Origin: an uncultured archaeon
Lineage (GTDB): Archaea; Iainarchaeota; Iainarchaeia; Iainarchaeales; 0-14-0-20-30-16
Direction: 5' to 3'
Assembly: GCA_964565725.1 (NCBI GenBank)
Contig: CAZMGA010000011.1
Coordinates: forward strand, 3,115 to 12,741
DNA: 9,627 nucleotides
A program made the translations under genes and the position numbers. The notes beneath the pieces are model-generated. The model worked only from the letters and a program-made list of their open reading frames with translations, had not been told where the DNA came from and searched no databases. Each line of letters begins with the position of its first letter. Position 1 is the first letter of the stretch. This document shows, in pieces, positions 6,141 through 9,627 of this stretch.

Positions 6141-7181
6141 ATGGTAAGTTGGTACGATTTAACAAAAAAACATTTTAAAACATTAGAATCTAGTAATACT
6201 ATATCTAAAATAATTCCTATTTTAAAGAAGGAAAAAGAAGTATTAATAGTAGATAATGGCAAATATAAAGGTATAATTTTGAGAAAAGATGTATTGAAAC
6301 AAGACCTTTTATTGTCTGAAACAAAAATATCTAATTATATTTATAAACCACCAATTTTAGAAAAAAAACATTCTAATTTGGATGTTGCAAAATTTTTTAT
6401 CGAAAGTGGGGCAATATTTTTACCTGTAATTGAGTCTAGTAAAGTAGAATCTATACTTTACAGAGCAGATTTCTTAAATTTTATTGTTTGTGAAGATTTA
6501 AAAAAAGTTAAAGTTTTAGATTTAATGAATATTAACCCAAAAGTAATTTCTCCAGACTATAATTTAGCAAAAGTAATATCTGTATTTCAAGAAAACAATT
6601 TGTCTAAGTTAGTAGTTTATGATAAAAAAATTTTAGGTGTTATTACATTATCAACAATATTAAATTATTTTATGAATACAGATAAATTAACTAAAACTGT
6701 ATTACAAAATACTTTAGTAAAACAAGTTATGAAAGAACCAATTATTATAAATAAAAATGCATCTATATCTGAATTAATGGATTTTTTTATAAACAAAAAT
6801 GTATCTTCAATAATTGTTGCTAATAATAATGATTTATTAGGAATAGTAACAAAAACAAATATTTTAGAATATTATATTTATAAAAATAGTAAGGACTCTA
6901 AAAACTCAGTTATGCAAATATCTGCAAAATTTTCAGGTTTAGATAAAAAAGATATTGAAGATAGATTTGAAGCATTACAGAAATATATTGATAAGGATTC
7001 TAAGATTTTTGTTTATTTTAAATTAGGTAAAGAAAAATTTAGAGGTTTGCCTTTAGTAAATTGTAGAGTGCGAGTTTTATTGCCTAAGAAAAATTTTAAT
7101 GTTTCTGTTGAAAGTTGGGGTATTGAACATTCAATTGAATTAGCAATACAAAAACTAAAAAGAATGATGGGTAATTTTTAA
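6141..7181 (+). CDS. Protein with four CBS domains and a C-terminal ribosome hibernation factor (HPF/RaiA, S30AE)-like domain
   Basis: Four CBS-type repeats (e.g. PKVISPDYNLAKVISVFQENNLSKLVVYDKKILGVITLSTILNYF and EPIIINKNASISELMDFFINKNVSSIIVANNNDLLGIVTKTNILEYY), then MQISAKFSGLDKKDIEDRFEALQKYIDK...CRVRVLLPKKNFNVSVESWGIEHSIELAIQKLKRMM. Confidence 0.85.
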   Translation: MVSWYDLTKKHFKTLESSNTISKIIPILKKEKEVLIVDNGKYKGIILRKDVLKQDLLLSETKISNYIYKPPILEKKHSNLDVAKFFIESGAIFLPVIESSKVESILYRADFLNFIVCEDLKKVKVLDLMNINPKVISPDYNLAKVISVFQENNLSKLVVYDKKILGVITLSTILNYFMNTDKLTKTVLQNTLVKQVMKEPIIINKNASISELMDFFINKNVSSIIVANNNDLLGIVTKTNILEYYIYKNSKDSKNSVMQISAKFSGLDKKDIEDRFEALQKYIDKDSKIFVYFKLGKEKFRGLPLVNCRVRVLLPKKNFNVSVESWGIEHSIELAIQKLKRMMGNF

Positions 7182-7207
7182 GCCTTAATATAAGGCTTAT
7201 TTTTTTT
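7179..7207 (+). terminator. Intrinsic-type terminator overlapping the stop codon of the CBS gene
   Basis: Perfect 9-bp stem TAAGCCTTA (7179-7187), loop ATA, TAAGGCTTA (7191-7199), followed by eight T (7200-7207). Confidence 0.75.
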
Positions 7208-7730
7208 ATTTTAATCTCATTAAAATATCTCTTTGATTTTCTAAAATATCTTGCATTATTTTTCTTAAAACTTCTATTTTTGCATCAATATTATCTAATT
7301 TATTATCTATATTTTTATGGCTTGAATCCAAATTTAAATTCATTTTTTCAATATCTTTTAAATTATCATTATTAGACATTTTTATTATTGATTCATTTAA
7401 ATCATTTATTTTGGTTTCTACATTTCTTACTACTTTTTCATGATCATTTATTTTATCTGTAGCCATCTCGGCTACATTCATTGCTAAATTACTTGCTAAT
7501 TTTGCCTCATCTGCATTTATTTTTGTTTTTTCTTCTGGGCTTAAATTTTGTATATCTTCTTCTGGTTTTTCTTTTTCAGAATTATCTGGTTTTTCATTTA
7601 CGTTTTGTTTTAATGCTTCATTTATTATGTCTTCATCAAAACCAATATCTTTTAACATGCTTTTAATTTCTTCATTACTTAAACCTGAGTTTCTTAAATT
7701 AGCAATTGTTTCTAACACACTATTGTCCAT
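7206..7730 (-). CDS. Hypothetical protein with N-terminal UBA/CUE-like helical segment and C-terminal coiled coil (174 aa)
   Basis: VLETIANLRNSGLSNEEIKSMLKDIGFDEDIINEALKQ resembles a small UBA-like motif; then an acidic linker and long amphipathic helices ending NIDAKIEVLRKIMQDILENQRDILMRLK. SD-like AAGGG lies 6 nt before the ATG. Confidence 0.75.
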   Translation of the reverse strand: MDNSVLETIANLRNSGLSNEEIKSMLKDIGFDEDIINEALKQNVNEKPDNSEKEKPEEDIQNLSPEEKTKINADEAKLASNLAMNVAEMATDKINDHEKVVRNVETKINDLNESIIKMSNNDNLKDIEKMNLNLDSSHKNIDNKLDNIDAKIEVLRKIMQDILENQRDILMRLK

Positions 7731-7797
7731 ATATATCCCTTAAAGCTAATTATTATATAATATAATTATTTATATATGTTTCCCTATTTAATATGTT
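7731..7797. promoter_or_regulatory. AT-rich divergent promoter region
   Basis: 67 bp between divergent starts, containing TATATAATATAATTATTTATATATG. No SD-like sequence precedes the ATG at 7798. Confidence 0.4.
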
Positions 7798-9213
7798 ATG
7801 GATTATCCGTATGGCCCTTGGAAAGAATTATTTGTTGGAATTTATGATGATTATAGTCTTAGACTTTTATTTAATCAAGATGGGTTAATAATTTCTGAAA
7901 TTTTAAATAAAGATAAAACTAAAGCTGTATTATCATTAACTCAAATTATGGGTGTTTTTGGAGATTCCGAAGCATTTATAGAATCAATATCTAAAAGTGC
8001 AATATATTTAAATATTCATGACAATTCAAACTCTAAATATCTTTTATTGCAAAGTAATCAAGAAATTTTAAATTATAATGTTAAAGACGTAAATGACTTT
8101 TTAAATTATCAATACAAAGATTTAATGAGAGACTTGAGAAATTTACAAAATATTTCCGAATCTTACGAAATAAATGTTAAATTATATAATGAATTGCCAA
8201 ATGATTTAAAAACAAAAATATTTTCTAACCCTTTAAATTTATTTTCATTTATAACTAAACCTAAAGTTACAAGTTCACAAAAAGTAAAAGAAGAAATAAA
8301 TAAAACTTTATTTTTAGGTTTTTATAGAAATAATGATGAAAAAGTAATAGAAAAAATAGAACAATTTTCAAATACTTTAATAATAGGTAATAATAAATTA
8401 ATATTTAAAACAATGATTGAAAATTTTTCAATTAATGGTATTAATACTGTTGTTTTTTCAGATTCTAAAGATATTATAAATATGAAATATCCTAATGAAG
8501 ATAAAAATATTTCTAATAAAAATATAACACCTATAGGCTTTCCGCTAAAAGAAAAAATTATTGGCGAGGACATTTATGTAAATTTATCTGAATTACCTTT
8601 AAATAGTTTTTTAGAATTAAATAATATTGACGATTCAAATGTAGCGGATTTGATTAATGATATTATTTCAAATAAAAAACCAAAAACACTAGATAATTTA
8701 ATTAAAGAATTAGATGAATTTAAATATAATGATAAATATAATTTTTATGATGTACATTTAACTATTAGAATTTTAAATATTATAAAACAAAAAAATCCAG
8801 GAATTTATTTAGGAGATAGTTCAGTTTCCAATTTAAATAAAGATAACAACAATTTAGGTACTATAAATTTTATTAAATTAAATAAATTAGACACTGATAA
8901 AATAATAATTTATAACATAATTAAAAAGATTGTGAATAATATAGATGATAGACCCGTAGCAATTTTTGTAGAAAATTTGCAAGATTACTTTAATAATGAA
9001 AATGATAATATAACTAAAGATTTTTATAATTTGTTTAACAAAAAAACTCAAAATTATTTTATTTTTAGTGTTTTAACTGAAATTGATTTGCCTAAAGAAT
9101 TTAGTAGTAATTTTTCTGCAAAGTTATCTTCAGTTGATGATTTAGATATAGGCTTAAATTTAAAAGATTCTAAACCTTTTAGATTTATTTTAAGACCTAC
9201 TTTATCAAAGTGA
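7798..9213 (+). CDS. HerA/FtsK-like P-loop-fold protein with degenerate Walker motifs (471 aa)
   Basis: Layout resembles HerA-like ATPases: KTLFLGFYRNN...NTLIIGNNKLIFKTMIENFSINGINTVVFSDSKD at the Walker A position, then GTINFIKLNKLDTDKIIIYNIIKKIVNNIDDRPVAIFVENLQDYF at the Walker B position and NYFIFSVLTEIDLPKEFSSNFSAKL. Confidence 0.5.
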   Translation: MDYPYGPWKELFVGIYDDYSLRLLFNQDGLIISEILNKDKTKAVLSLTQIMGVFGDSEAFIESISKSAIYLNIHDNSNSKYLLLQSNQEILNYNVKDVNDFLNYQYKDLMRDLRNLQNISESYEINVKLYNELPNDLKTKIFSNPLNLFSFITKPKVTSSQKVKEEINKTLFLGFYRNNDEKVIEKIEQFSNTLIIGNNKLIFKTMIENFSINGINTVVFSDSKDIINMKYPNEDKNISNKNITPIGFPLKEKIIGEDIYVNLSELPLNSFLELNNIDDSNVADLINDIISNKKPKTLDNLIKELDEFKYNDKYNFYDVHLTIRILNIIKQKNPGIYLGDSSVSNLNKDNNNLGTINFIKLNKLDTDKIIIYNIIKKIVNNIDDRPVAIFVENLQDYFNNENDNITKDFYNLFNKKTQNYFIFSVLTEIDLPKEFSSNFSAKLSSVDDLDIGLNLKDSKPFRFILRPTLSK

Positions 9214-9217
9214 TATT

Positions 9218-9627
9218 ATGAAGGAATTATTTAATCCAAAAACAATAGCCGTAATAGGAGCTTCAAATAAAAAAGGCAAAATTGGAAATACAATTTTAGA
9301 AAATTTATTAATATCTAAAAAATCTATTTATCCTATTAATTTAGATGAAAAGAAAATTTTAGGCTTAAAAGCATATCCTTCTTTAAAAAATATACCTATA
9401 AAAAATTTAGATTTAGCGATAATTGCAGTTCCTAAAAATTATGTTTTAAATGTTTTACAAGATTGTGTTGTTAAAAAAACTAAATATGTTATTATCATAA
9501 GTTCTGGTTTTAAAGAAGCAGGAGATTTAGATTCTGAATTGAAAATAAAAGATTTTGCAAAGAAAAATAAAATAAGAATAATTGGTCCAAATGTTTTAGG
9601 AATATATGATAATTATTCAAATTTAGA
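9218..9627 (+). CDS. Acyl/acetate-CoA ligase (ADP-forming), CoA-binding alpha region, 5' part only
   Basis: Open to the window end and absent from the ORF track: MKELFNPKTIAVIGASNKKGKIGNTILENLLISKKSIYPINLDEKKILGLKAYPSLKNIPIKNLDLAIIAVPKNYVLNVLQDCVVKKTKYVIIISSGFKEAGDLDSEL...IRIIGPNVLGIYDN. Starts 4 nt after the upstream stop. Confidence 0.9.
   Translation, partial: MKELFNPKTIAVIGASNKKGKIGNTILENLLISKKSIYPINLDEKKILGLKAYPSLKNIPIKNLDLAIIAVPKNYVLNVLQDCVVKKTKYVIIISSGFKEAGDLDSELKIKDFAKKNKIRIIGPNVLGIYDNYSNL

Noticed and set aside
7481-7666. 61-aa plus-strand ORF, Leu-rich
   Set aside because: Antisense to the coiled-coil gene at 7206-7730; composition artefact with no SD or context support.
8322-8573. 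83-aa minus-strand ORF
   Set aside because: Antisense to the 471-aa HerA-like gene, with no independent support.
1-9627. Possible defence island, prophage or mobile element
   Set aside because: No integrase, transposase, recombinase, phage structural gene, CRISPR-like repeat or target-site duplication is visible. The NAC, CoA ligase and ABC genes point to ordinary chromosomal context.

Overview
The window is very AT-rich and looks archaeal, probably DPANN-like. The strongest lineage marker is an archaeal NAC protein; EndA-like, SIMPL-domain and CoA-ligase genes fit. Gene order: (+) MacB/FtsX-type ABC permease (3' part); (-) coiled-coil orphan; (+) SIMPL-domain protein, membrane-anchored orphan and NAC; (-) tightly packed cluster, in transcription order EndA-like tRNA splicing endonuclease, HIT-domain protein, Whirly-like ssDNA-binding protein and HExxH metallopeptidase-like protein; (+) protein with four CBS domains and a hibernation-factor-like C-terminus; (-) UBA-like/coiled-coil protein; (+) HerA/FtsK-like protein without recognisable Walker motifs; (+) 5' part of an ADP-forming acyl-CoA synthetase. 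I found no CRISPR array, transposon, rRNA, tRNA or recognisable defence system. The best lead is the 146-aa Whirly-like protein, which resembles plant Whirly proteins over nearly its full length. It sits in a cluster where the HIT protein has lost its catalytic histidine and the EndA-like protein appears to lack its catalytic lysine. All homology calls come from reading motifs by eye. No database search was run.
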